Shown piece by piece: positions 1 through 9,370 of a DNA stretch of 64,000 nt. Below the pieces are notes generated by a model. It saw only the letters and a list, made by a program, of their open reading frames with translations. It was not told the origin of the DNA and ran no database searches. The stretch comes from Promethearchaeota archaeon (GTDB taxonomy: Archaea > Asgardarchaeota > Lokiarchaeia > Sigyniarchaeales > SOKP01), in assembly GCA_016839765.1 (NCBI GenBank), contig JAEOTP010000016.1, positions 96,001 to 160,000 of the forward strand, given 5' to 3'. Each line of letters begins with the position of its first letter. Position 1 is the stretch's first letter. The position numbers and the translations under genes were made by a program.

Positions 1-1863
1 ATACTCCAAATAACAAATTTTCCAGAGAGGGTTAGAGAAAGGAATGAGGAAATACGAGATTACAATAAAGGGATCGAGGAAGGTAAGACCAAAGGAAAGC
101 AAAGAAAATTCATCGAACTAATTAAGGATAGAAGTATATACCGAGTTGATAAGGTACTAGTTTATCCTTGGGCTCATTTAAGCAAATTTCTTAGTAATGA
201 AGCAGTTGCTATGGAAGTATGTCCAAAAATAGCTGAATTTTTAAGTGAAAAAGGAATTAAAGCAAAATTTTCACCTTTTGGGTGGTATAAATCTTTTGAA
301 ATTTCCTGCATTGGACATGAAGTAGCTGAAATGTATAGAGATGTAAAATTGGCGATTACACCTGAAGAAAAAATAAAGAATTCCGTCTTCAAAGTAATCA
401 CGCCTACAGGCAATGAATTAGATATAAAATTCGATGATGAGCATAATGTTCTTCCGTTTAAGGAAGTTAAAGATCAAGATTTCAATATGTTTCTAAAATC
501 TGAACTTGGATCTAGACGGGTGGATAAATCAATTGAACCTGCTCATATCAAAGTGATGAAAGAATTTGAATTAGTTGATTTTGATCCAAATACCGATGCT
601 GGAAATTTAAGATGGTATACGAAAGGAGTTATAATGAAAAATTTGATAAAGAATTACGTTGAGGATAGGCTAATCGATTATGGAGCAATACTTATTGATA
701 CTCCAATAATGTATACAGTTAAGAATAAAAAATTAACTGCTCAAACAGCAAGATTTCCAGCTAGAAGTTATTGGCTTGAGTCTGGAAGTGATAGATATTT
801 ACTGCGATATGCATCAGATTTTCTTTTATTTGATTTATTCTCATCTATGAATTTAAAACCTCAGTATTTTCCTCTAAGAGTCTATGAATGGGAACAATAT
901 GCATTTAGACGGGAACTAGAAGGAGAACTTACTGGATTGCGGAGGTTGCGTGCTTTTATAATGCCGGATATGCATAGTTTATGTAAAGATTTAGATTCGG
1001 CGATAGAGGAATTCAAAAAACAATATTTCTTAATAAAGAATCTTGAAAAAGACTTAGGAGTGAAAACTTTTGTAATATTTAGAGCTACTAGAGATTTCTA
1101 TAGAGAGAATAAAGACTGGATAATAAATTTAATAAAAACAGAAGATGCTCCAGCTTTATTAGAGTTATGGGACGAAAGGTATTATTATTATGTATTAAAA
1201 CTTGAGAGAAATGTTCTTTCTGCTGAAAATAAAGATGCAACATTAGCAACAAATCAGATAGATGTAGAAAGTTGCTTAGACTATATGATAGATACAGATG
1301 GAAAAAAGAGACAAAAATATAATATCTCGTTTATAGATACAGATGGGAAAGTTAAGCATCCTATGATATTACATAATTCTCCAACGGGAGGTATAGAAAG
1401 AGTTCTATGGGGGCTTATTGAATCTGCTGTTCGAAATAAAGATAAATTAGTTCCAGGTTTTAAAACATGGTTATCTCCTATTCAAATAAGAATTATCACT
1501 ATAAGCAATGAACAAAACAAATATGCTGAAAAGCTTTTAAATCTTATAAGTGAAAAATCATATCGCGTAGATTTTGATGATCGCGAAGAAACTGTTGGAA
1601 AAAAGATAAGACAAGCAGAAATAGAATGGATTCCTTATATAATTATAGTAGGGAAAACGGAACAAGCAAATGAAACAATTTCAATAAGAAAACGATTAAT
1701 AGGTAAGCCTTTTGGACCAAAAAAAGCAACTTCAGAGCAAATAAATAATATAAAGGTAAGTAAATTATTAGAAATTCTTGAAGAGGAAACGAAAGGTGCT
1801 CCAAAATACAAACTTCCTAGACCATTTCGCAGATTTTCAACAAAAGTATCTTTTAGAAAATAA
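1..1863 (+). CDS. thrS: Threonine--tRNA ligase, archaeal type (5' end lies outside the window)
   Basis: Frame 1 is open from base 1. It contains the archaeal editing-domain motif VYPWAHLS, class II motifs FRRELEGELTGLRRLRAF and HNSPTGGIER, and a C-terminal anticodon-binding domain. Confidence 0.95.
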   Translation: MLQITNFPERVRERNEEIRDYNKGIEEGKTKGKQRKFIELIKDRSIYRVDKVLVYPWAHLSKFLSNEAVAMEVCPKIAEFLSEKGIKAKFSPFGWYKSFEISCIGHEVAEMYRDVKLAITPEEKIKNSVFKVITPTGNELDIKFDDEHNVLPFKEVKDQDFNMFLKSELGSRRVDKSIEPAHIKVMKEFELVDFDPNTDAGNLRWYTKGVIMKNLIKNYVEDRLIDYGAILIDTPIMYTVKNKKLTAQTARFPARSYWLESGSDRYLLRYASDFLLFDLFSSMNLKPQYFPLRVYEWEQYAFRRELEGELTGLRRLRAFIMPDMHSLCKDLDSAIEEFKKQYFLIKNLEKDLGVKTFVIFRATRDFYRENKDWIINLIKTEDAPALLELWDERYYYYVLKLERNVLSAENKDATLATNQIDVESCLDYMIDTDGKKRQKYNISFIDTDGKVKHPMILHNSPTGGIERVLWGLIESAVRNKDKLVPGFKTWLSPIQIRIITISNEQNKYAEKLLNLISEKSYRVDFDDREETVGKKIRQAEIEWIPYIIIVGKTEQANETISIRKRLIGKPFGPKKATSEQINNIKVSKLLEILEEETKGAPKYKLPRPFRRFSTKVSFRK

Positions 1864-1886
1864 TTTTTATCAAAATTGAGAATATT

Positions 1887-2510
1887 ATGGCGATTAAATG
1901 TATAATTTTTGATCTAGGAGGAGTCATTGTAGAACTTGATTTCAGTCGTTTTTTTAATGAAGTGATTACTCCATCTCCATTAAATAAACCAAGTACTTAC
2001 ATAATGATGGAATTTTTCCGTCAATCCGATACATACCATCAAGGTAAAGTTACCAATGAGGAATTTTATCAATTAGCCTGTGAGTTACTTCAAGTATGTT
2101 CATTAGATCAAAAAGCCTTCTATAATGCTTTTAACAGTATTATAGCAGACATAAATTTGGAAATTTTGGATTTAATAAAAACTGTTAAGAAAGTTAATCA
2201 AGTAAAATTAATGTGTATGTCAAATATTAATGCTAGTCATTGGAAACATTTAAAAAAACAAAATTGGGATATATGGAATTTATTTGATGATTTTATCCTA
2301 TCGCATGAAATTCAAATGACTAAACCAGATCCTGCTATATATCAATTAGCCATTAAAAAAGCAAACTGTAAACCAAAACAAATTCTATTCATTGATGATG
2401 GTTTAAATAACGTCAAAGCTGCTGAGGAAGCTGGAATAAAAGCACTCCGATTTAGCAATATTGAAAAATTAAAAAAAGATCTTCAAATTTATAGCATTAA
2501 ATTGAAATAA
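1887..2510 (+). CDS. HAD-superfamily phosphatase (YihX-like)
   Basis: Motifs FDLGGV, SN, KPDPAIY and FIDD. Confidence 0.9.
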   Translation: MAIKCIIFDLGGVIVELDFSRFFNEVITPSPLNKPSTYIMMEFFRQSDTYHQGKVTNEEFYQLACELLQVCSLDQKAFYNAFNSIIADINLEILDLIKTVKKVNQVKLMCMSNINASHWKHLKKQNWDIWNLFDDFILSHEIQMTKPDPAIYQLAIKKANCKPKQILFIDDGLNNVKAAEEAGIKALRFSNIEKLKKDLQIYSIKLK

Positions 2511-2537
2511 GCATCATTAATAACTACTCTGTAGTTA

Positions 2538-3071
2538 TCACGCTTCTTTCACACTTTCTAAACATGCTTTAGCAATTTTTTTAAAAGCTTGTTCTACATT
2601 TTCTCCTGTTTTAGCAGAAGTTTCTAAATAATCACAGCAATTAAGTCTTTTTACTAAATCTTCTGCTTCTGATCTCTCTACTTGGCGTTTTAAATCCGTC
2701 TTATTTCCAACTATTATCATTGGAATTGACTTTTTTACTGACTTTTTAATACTACTTATCCAACCAGGAAGTTTTAACAAGGATGGTTGACTTGTAACGT
2801 CATATACGCCGAAAGCCCCATTACTGCCCTTGAAATAGATTTGGCGAAGCTTACTAAATTGTTCCTGACCACCAATATCCCAAAGGAGTAATCTAACATT
2901 TGTATTTTCAACTTCTACATCTTTTATTAAAAAATTTGAGCCGATTGTTTGTTTTAATTCTGGATTAAAATAATCCTTTATGTATCTAATCAAGAGGGAG
3001 GTTTTACCAACTCCACCCGCCCCAAAAAGAGTAATCTTAAATTTAAATGTGTTCTTCTGCATTTTAATCAA
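2538..3071 (-). CDS. Rab-like small GTPase (eukaryotic signature protein)
   Basis: GAGGVGKTS, TIG, WDIGGQE, GNKTD, ETSAK. Confidence 0.93.
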   Translation of the reverse strand: MIKMQKNTFKFKITLFGAGGVGKTSLLIRYIKDYFNPELKQTIGSNFLIKDVEVENTNVRLLLWDIGGQEQFSKLRQIYFKGSNGAFGVYDVTSQPSLLKLPGWISSIKKSVKKSIPMIIVGNKTDLKRQVERSEAEDLVKRLNCCDYLETSAKTGENVEQAFKKIAKACLESVKEA

Positions 3072-3300
3072 TATTTTTGAAGTTAAGTTATAAAAAATGA
3101 TTATTTCTAAGCGTTACATTTTTATTAAATACAAAAATGCTTTTGTATATTTGATATATTATATTATAGGTATTTATATGTTTAGCATTAAATATGATTA
3201 GAAGGCATTTAATCCGATATCGAATATTAGTTGTATGTATTTTGTTTAAGATTTTTATTTATTACTCCTCTTACTCATAAGAAAAAAGAGTTATGGCTAA

Positions 3301-4641
3301 TTAGGATTTGTCTGCATGGTCTTTCTTAATTTTCTCTACAATGAGATGTGTTTCCTTTTTTACTGCGTGTGTTGTTTTTTGCCCTATTCTACCGATTTGT
3401 ACCATTATCCATTCAGGACTACCAACCCCATTTGCAAATTCTATCCACACATACATCAAAAAGCCCATTAAACCCGTGAAACCAAGCCATATAAATACAA
3501 AGTATAAGATATTAAAATAGCGTACGAAAAGACTAATAAATGCCCAATGTACAAGAAATAGACTTAGAGAAACTTTACCATAATATACTAGCATCCTAAT
3601 AAAACTATTATCTTTTTCTTTAATATCGATATAGTAAAAAAAGATTGCAATTATAAGTAAAGCCCATCCTAAATTATAGCACATGTTTGAGGATCTGCCT
3701 CTAATTAAGAAATCAGGCATTCCTGGAATGGGTGTTGGTTTTATTATAAAATCTGTAAAAACTTGACCGTTTGCTATTCTTAGCAAATCTAAGAAAGGAT
3801 AATCTTCATATATATATGGAGTATAAATTTGTAAGGGGGTTCCTAGAATAAAAGGATAGATCATGCCCAAACCAATAAGACAAATACCCCAAAAAAGAAA
3901 TATTCTAAAAAGAACTGTATAGGCTTGTTTAGTTCCGTCAATCATTGCAGCATAGAGATATTCACCAAAAATAGTTGAAATAAAGCATATGGATAAGAAC
4001 GGAATTAATGGCGTCATTGGAGCTGGTGAAACTACAATATAATGAACAATTGAAAGGAATAGATTTCCAGCTTCTTTTCCATCATAAAGATATTGCCTTA
4101 TTGTATCCGATGTAAAAATAATGAAAGTCCCTATAATTCCTCTTGTCGCTTTACCTAATTTTAAAGCGTAAAGTGAGATAATCTGTGAAAACCCAATGAA
4201 TACCAAGATATTCCAGTTCCAAATCCAGTCTGGTTTGTTAAAAAGGAAAACCGTAGGAAGATTAAACAAAATTCCTATCACCATTATGACTATACCGCGG
4301 GTAATAATCCCATTTCTAATAACTTTATCTGGTACAACCCCTTGTTTTCTTTTGACACTAAAGATTACACTAAGAGCAGAAAGAAATACAAATAGGGAGG
4401 GGCCGAGAAAATCAAGTAGAGCATACATAAGCCCATAAAGATATATCCATTGGCTATCTAACCAGGCACTGCTCGTGTGAGCCATGAGGATCATGACGAT
4501 TGCGAGCCCCTTTACGAAATCTATGCTCCGAATTCGCCTTGGGGAAGCATAATTCTTCAGATCATCGACTGGGATTTCCTGCTTTAAGTAATCGAACAGT
4601 GCGACTGAATCCATATCTACTTGTTCTTCTTGAACAGACAT
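3301..4641 (-). CDS. Polytopic membrane acyltransferase (DUF1624 / heparan-alpha-glucosaminide N-acetyltransferase-like)
   Basis: RIRSIDFVKGLAIVMILMAH motif, many TM helices, YGKVSLSLFLVH. Confidence 0.75.
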   Translation of the reverse strand: MSVQEEQVDMDSVALFDYLKQEIPVDDLKNYASPRRIRSIDFVKGLAIVMILMAHTSSAWLDSQWIYLYGLMYALLDFLGPSLFVFLSALSVIFSVKRKQGVVPDKVIRNGIITRGIVIMVIGILFNLPTVFLFNKPDWIWNWNILVFIGFSQIISLYALKLGKATRGIIGTFIIFTSDTIRQYLYDGKEAGNLFLSIVHYIVVSPAPMTPLIPFLSICFISTIFGEYLYAAMIDGTKQAYTVLFRIFLFWGICLIGLGMIYPFILGTPLQIYTPYIYEDYPFLDLLRIANGQVFTDFIIKPTPIPGMPDFLIRGRSSNMCYNLGWALLIIAIFFYYIDIKEKDNSFIRMLVYYGKVSLSLFLVHWAFISLFVRYFNILYFVFIWLGFTGLMGFLMYVWIEFANGVGSPEWIMVQIGRIGQKTTHAVKKETHLIVEKIKKDHADKS

Positions 4642-4761
4642 GATTTTTCAAAAAATAGCAATTAATTTTGAGTTGAGAATTAAAAAATAAATTAATATTA
4701 ATATTTATTTTTATACTATTTGAATGTTTATGTATGAAAAATCAAATATCGAGAATGTTAT

Positions 4762-5184
4762 ATGAACATTAAATCTATTTTTGATTATAGGTTGTTAGGG
4801 CTAACAGGGTCAATTTTGTTAATTATATCTCAGTTTTTTTCGTGGTTTTCTGGTTACTCATTAATGGAGAGATATATAATAGCTACATCTGTGGATATTT
4901 CAAATGCATTTTTATATCTTTTTCCTTTAATCAGTGGAAGTATATGTTTAATAGCTACTTTATTAATATATTTTAAATTAGAATATCGAATAAATTCGGT
5001 AATCATTAATTTTGTGGGATTTGGTTTCTTTTTGATTTTTATTTTTGAATTAATTCCTCAAGAAATAGATTATATTACGAGTGCAGGTATTGGTTTTTAT
5101 ATGTCTATAGCAGGTGCTATTCTAATCTTTTTTCATAATTTAAATATCCTTTTAACAAGAGAAAAATCCAAAGAAGGGAGTTAA
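4762..5184 (+). CDS. Small 4-TM membrane protein, unknown function
   Basis: 140-aa ORF with four hydrophobic segments. Confidence 0.7.
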   Translation: MNIKSIFDYRLLGLTGSILLIISQFFSWFSGYSLMERYIIATSVDISNAFLYLFPLISGSICLIATLLIYFKLEYRINSVIINFVGFGFFLIFIFELIPQEIDYITSAGIGFYMSIAGAILIFFHNLNILLTREKSKEGS

Positions 5185-5186
5185 AA

Positions 5187-6080
5187 ATTAAAGAAAGCGA
5201 AAAAGATAATTTAGATAAGAATGATTCTGGAAATTTGGAATCGAACTTTTACTATGCATTAGGACATGATCTTAGAAGAAGGATTATAAAAATTATAGGG
5301 GACAATGAATTTTCTTCTTTTACCGCTCTTAAAAAAGAATTAAAAGTTAGCACTGGCACAATTTATCATCATTTAGATGCATTGTCTCAATTAATTGAAC
5401 AAGGAAAAGATAAAAAGTATTATTTAACAGAATTAGGGCAGCATGCTTATGATTCATTACAAGATAATATTGAAAACATAATTTCTGATTTCTCAAAAAA
5501 AGAATTCAATTCTCCTATTTTAAAAAGTTTAATGTTTTTAACTCCAAAAAAAATTATTAACTATGAGAAAGGTTATAAAATCTATACGGTTATTTTTTCG
5601 ATAGGTCTTTTAATTTTGGGCTTGATTTTTTGTAACTTAAATGCCTTATTTCCAATTTTATTATTTTTTACCAATCTATTCCAATCTTTGCAAACCGCTA
5701 ATCTAAGTTTACAGATATTTTTTAATGTATTTTTTATTATAAACTTTCTACTATATTATTTTATTAATGAAATAATCTGCCGTCTCGTTTATAAGAAAAA
5801 TGAGAATTCTATTAAATTTTTATTGTCTTTTAGTCTTATTTTTTATCCAACCATAATATATTTAGCAATACATTACTTATTTAAGGAATTAGATCTATTA
5901 GATTATTCGGTAATAAGTATTTTGGATAATATTTTAATGATTATATTTCAAGTATGGGCATTATGGCTTCTAACTTATAATTTAATCGTTAATAAGCATT
6001 TAAAAGTTGAAAATGCACTGATTATCTCTTTACTGATTCATTACGGCGGATTTTCAATTATATTGGCTTTATCTATTTAA
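5187..6080 (+). CDS. ArsR-like winged-HTH fused to a multi-TM (Yip1-like) domain. Probable ATT start at 5187; ORF track uses TTG at 5235.
   Basis: ALGHDLRRRII...STGTIYHHL wHTH followed by about 5 TM helices. GGGAG lies 6 nt upstream of the in-frame ATT. Confidence 0.75.
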   Translation: MKESEKDNLDKNDSGNLESNFYYALGHDLRRRIIKIIGDNEFSSFTALKKELKVSTGTIYHHLDALSQLIEQGKDKKYYLTELGQHAYDSLQDNIENIISDFSKKEFNSPILKSLMFLTPKKIINYEKGYKIYTVIFSIGLLILGLIFCNLNALFPILLFFTNLFQSLQTANLSLQIFFNVFFIINFLLYYFINEIICRLVYKKNENSIKFLLSFSLIFYPTIIYLAIHYLFKELDLLDYSVISILDNILMIIFQVWALWLLTYNLIVNKHLKVENALIISLLIHYGGFSIILALSI

Positions 6081-7392
6081 TAATATTGAATTCTTTCTTT
6101 TCCAATACTTTAATAATCTTATTAATTCTCCTTTCAGATGAGGGAAGATCTTTAGTTTTTGTAGCAATAAAACAAGAATAGTAATCAATTTGAGTTTTAT
6201 CATCACCGCTAAGCTTTATTGGGGGGGTAACTATTTCAGGAATATCATTTATTATTTTAGGAATGATAATTTTACTCACATTTTCAAAAGAAGCTGTTCC
6301 AGTATATTCTAGATTTAAAGGACCAAATTTTGAAAATTTATGGAATTGATTTTTGTATAAATCAAAATTATTTTCGTTAAAATTTAAGATAATACCCATT
6401 AAGTTTTGTTTAACAATATTTCTAATTCCTATATATGAAGTGGTTAATCTTGGATTAATCTCGATGAAACTTAATGACTTCTCCTGTTTTTGGATAAAGT
6501 CTATACCAAAATATCCATTAAAGTATGAAAAATTCAGCTTTTCGAAATTCTTTTTTAAAGAGATCGCTATATCTTCCCAATTCTCTACGGGTGTATAACC
6601 TCCAAAATATTTTGACTCATGATGGGAGTTCCTTATGACAATATGTTGATGATTAATACCAATTATAATCGGAGGGCTTTTAGATGATGTATTTAGAATA
6701 TTATTTCCTATTAATGAAACACTCATGTCCCTACCTTCAATGAATTCTTGTAGGATATAACTTCTGGAATGGTCAAGAGTATCTGTAGATTGATTGAAAA
6801 AATTTATAATTTGATTTTCAGTTTCAAAATAATAGATTGATTCTGCTCCAACTCCATCTTCGGGCTTTATTATGATTGGGGCATCAAACTCATTCAGTTT
6901 TCTAATTATGAACTCAATATCAAATCTATCTTGTTTATAAGGTACTAAAAAAGTCATTGGAGTGCAAATTTTCTTCTCTTTTAAAAAATTATAGGTTTTT
7001 AATTTTGAAGAGCCCAGTATAATCCCTTTTAAACCAACACTTAAAACAATCGCATCGTTATCTAATGCGATTTTTGTAAGATTAAAAAGAATATTTAAGA
7101 ATTCTGGAGCGATAATAAAGCAAAATTTACTTTTTTTAACACATTCCTTAAATTTAGTAACGAAATTATCTGAATTTTGGACGATGTTAATAAAATCAGC
7201 TTTTAAACACCTTGATAAAAATTGAATTCGAAAATCTAAAAGAGTTTCAATTTCATAATCTAAATTTTGAAAATCAGCAATAATAGATCTTAGCATGCCA
7301 AATCCTTCAGCAAAGAGTAAGGCAGGAATCTTAACTTGATTGAATCCCCCTCCAGAAACAAATTCAAGGATAAAAATTGTGTTTTTATTCAT
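6073..7392 (-). CDS. ATP-grasp ligase, tyramine--L-glutamate ligase (MfnD)-like
   Basis: EFVSGGG, EGFGML, IIAPE, KPEDGVG, QEFIEG, EINPRLTTSY. Confidence 0.75.
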   Translation of the reverse strand: MNKNTIFILEFVSGGGFNQVKIPALLFAEGFGMLRSIIADFQNLDYEIETLLDFRIQFLSRCLKADFINIVQNSDNFVTKFKECVKKSKFCFIIAPEFLNILFNLTKIALDNDAIVLSVGLKGIILGSSKLKTYNFLKEKKICTPMTFLVPYKQDRFDIEFIIRKLNEFDAPIIIKPEDGVGAESIYYFETENQIINFFNQSTDTLDHSRSYILQEFIEGRDMSVSLIGNNILNTSSKSPPIIIGINHQHIVIRNSHHESKYFGGYTPVENWEDIAISLKKNFEKLNFSYFNGYFGIDFIQKQEKSLSFIEINPRLTTSYIGIRNIVKQNLMGIILNFNENNFDLYKNQFHKFSKFGPLNLEYTGTASFENVSKIIIPKIINDIPEIVTPPIKLSGDDKTQIDYYSCFIATKTKDLPSSERRINKIIKVLEKKEFNIIK

Positions 7393-7528
7393 AATTTTTT
7401 TATAAAATTTTTACTCAGAATTTTATAAATTTAGTTGTAATTAAAAAGTTTTTATAGATTAGTTTTAAAATGATGATTTAATAATCTTAATTAACTTAAA
7501 TTTAACAAAAAAACTATAGAAAAAGATT

Positions 7529-8770
7529 ATGTCTACTTTTTTTACAGAAGAGTCGTTGCAGAGAATACGCTATCTGCATTTTAAAATTAAAAAATTAGAA
7601 GAGGCCTTAGAAAAAGAGGAAGAACACTTCAGTTTGGATGATTTGAATCTTATATTAGAATATACTAAAATATTAAATATTAATTATCAAAATCACAATC
7701 AAGCTGAAATTATAAAAAAATTAGATATTACTCCTAATTATTTAGATCCTCTTGAAAATAATCGCGAAATTGAGATTAAGGATTTAATGTTTGAATGTGC
7801 TCGTGTCTTATCGGTTTTAGCCAAAGCCTACTCTCAATTATCTGAGAAATTTGAAGATGAGGAAGATTGGGAAAATTCAGTTGTTGCTATGTCTGAAAGT
7901 AGTAAGATTTATAAAACAGCAGCTTATTTCAGCACAGCAGTAGTCCTACAGAACGATCTCGGTAAAACACTAAACCCCGAACATCTTGAATTAAATTCGG
8001 AAGAGACTCGCGTATTGGCGCAAAGTGTCGCTGCTTTACGAGAAGAAAACAAAAATAATGTTTACTTTGCCTCAAAACTTTATGCAGGTTTAAGTAGCTT
8101 ATCAAAAAGAATCTTTTATTTAAAGAAACATGATGAAAAGAAAAGGCATCAGTTAAGAGCCCAATTTCATTTTGATATGGGAAAAGCCTGCCATTTAAAG
8201 GCTATTGCTTCATTAGAATCATCAATCACCACAATAAATAAAGAAAAAGTACAAAAATTACAGCAAAAAGCTAATTTTTATTATAAGAAGGCTGAAGAAA
8301 TCTGGGAGGATATGTATAAGGATTTACCTAATTTATCGGAAGAAGAGCAGGATAGTATCCAACTAAATTTATCCATTGTCAAGGATTTATTGAAAAATAA
8401 TGATGTGGAACCTTTAGATTATGAAGAGATTAAAAGAATACAGGATCCAGAACCTATAGTAATTATCCCTGAAAATTTAGCTCCATTTGTTCCCAAAAAT
8501 ATTGTATATTTGACCAAATTTGTGCCTAAAGATTTAAACATTAAAAGATTTAGAACATTCCAAAAGAAGAAATTAGAACAGAAAATTCCTTATAGTAAAC
8601 GAGAAAAATTAAATGATAAAAAAGCAGGAATAGTAAGAACGATTAATGAATTAAAATCTTTAAGAGAAAATAACGAAATTGATATTGAAAAATTTGCAGA
8701 ACTTATGGAGAAATATTCTACTAAACTTAAAATGATTGATACAGCAATTGAAAAATTAGCAAAACAATAA
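7529..8770 (+). CDS. Hypothetical alpha-helical (TPR-like) protein
   Basis: 413-aa ORF with helical-repeat character and no recognisable catalytic motif. Confidence 0.65.
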   Translation: MSTFFTEESLQRIRYLHFKIKKLEEALEKEEEHFSLDDLNLILEYTKILNINYQNHNQAEIIKKLDITPNYLDPLENNREIEIKDLMFECARVLSVLAKAYSQLSEKFEDEEDWENSVVAMSESSKIYKTAAYFSTAVVLQNDLGKTLNPEHLELNSEETRVLAQSVAALREENKNNVYFASKLYAGLSSLSKRIFYLKKHDEKKRHQLRAQFHFDMGKACHLKAIASLESSITTINKEKVQKLQQKANFYYKKAEEIWEDMYKDLPNLSEEEQDSIQLNLSIVKDLLKNNDVEPLDYEEIKRIQDPEPIVIIPENLAPFVPKNIVYLTKFVPKDLNIKRFRTFQKKKLEQKIPYSKREKLNDKKAGIVRTINELKSLRENNEIDIEKFAELMEKYSTKLKMIDTAIEKLAKQ

Positions 8771-8780
8771 GGAAATTTTT

Positions 8781-9254
8781 TTATCTCTCAAAATATAATT
8801 TGCGATTTTTTTTTAATTCAAATTGTCTCTCAGCTTCCTCTTTAAAAATGAGGTCGTATACTTCTTTAAAAACCACTCCTAATAGTAAGACTTCTATAAA
8901 AATGATAAGGCTTGTCATCATAATTTGTAAATTATGTAAATTTCTGAGGAGTAAGGAACTTACTAGAAAAATCTGTGGCACGTAAATCAAAGAAACTATT
9001 CCAATTCTTTTTCCAAATTTAATAATGTATTTATTATCTAATTTGAAGGTTTTATTTAACCTCAAAGCTTCTATCATGTAATAGATGCTAAATAATATAT
9101 TCACAATACTGATAATTATTATAAAATCCCTATCGGATGGCTCTAATGCAATGAAAGGCTTTAAAACAATTGAACCAATTAGAAATGTAATTGAAAAAAT
9201 TAATAATACTAAAGATAATGACAATAGTCCATCATGAAAATCTTTATAATCCAT
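8781..9254 (-). CDS. 4-TM membrane protein, unknown function
   Basis: Four hydrophobic segments and a charged C-tail. Confidence 0.7.
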   Translation of the reverse strand: MDYKDFHDGLLSLSLVLLIFSITFLIGSIVLKPFIALEPSDRDFIIIISIVNILFSIYYMIEALRLNKTFKLDNKYIIKFGKRIGIVSLIYVPQIFLVSSLLLRNLHNLQIMMTSLIIFIEVLLLGVVFKEVYDLIFKEEAERQFELKKNRKLYFER

Positions 9255-9370
9255 CTCCTTTCAAAAATTTAAGGTTATTCTCTCATATTTAAATAGTGTA
9301 AAAATTAAAGCTTTATTAAATGTAAAGGTAAAAATTATATTAATCATTATTGTTTGAGATTTAATACAAT

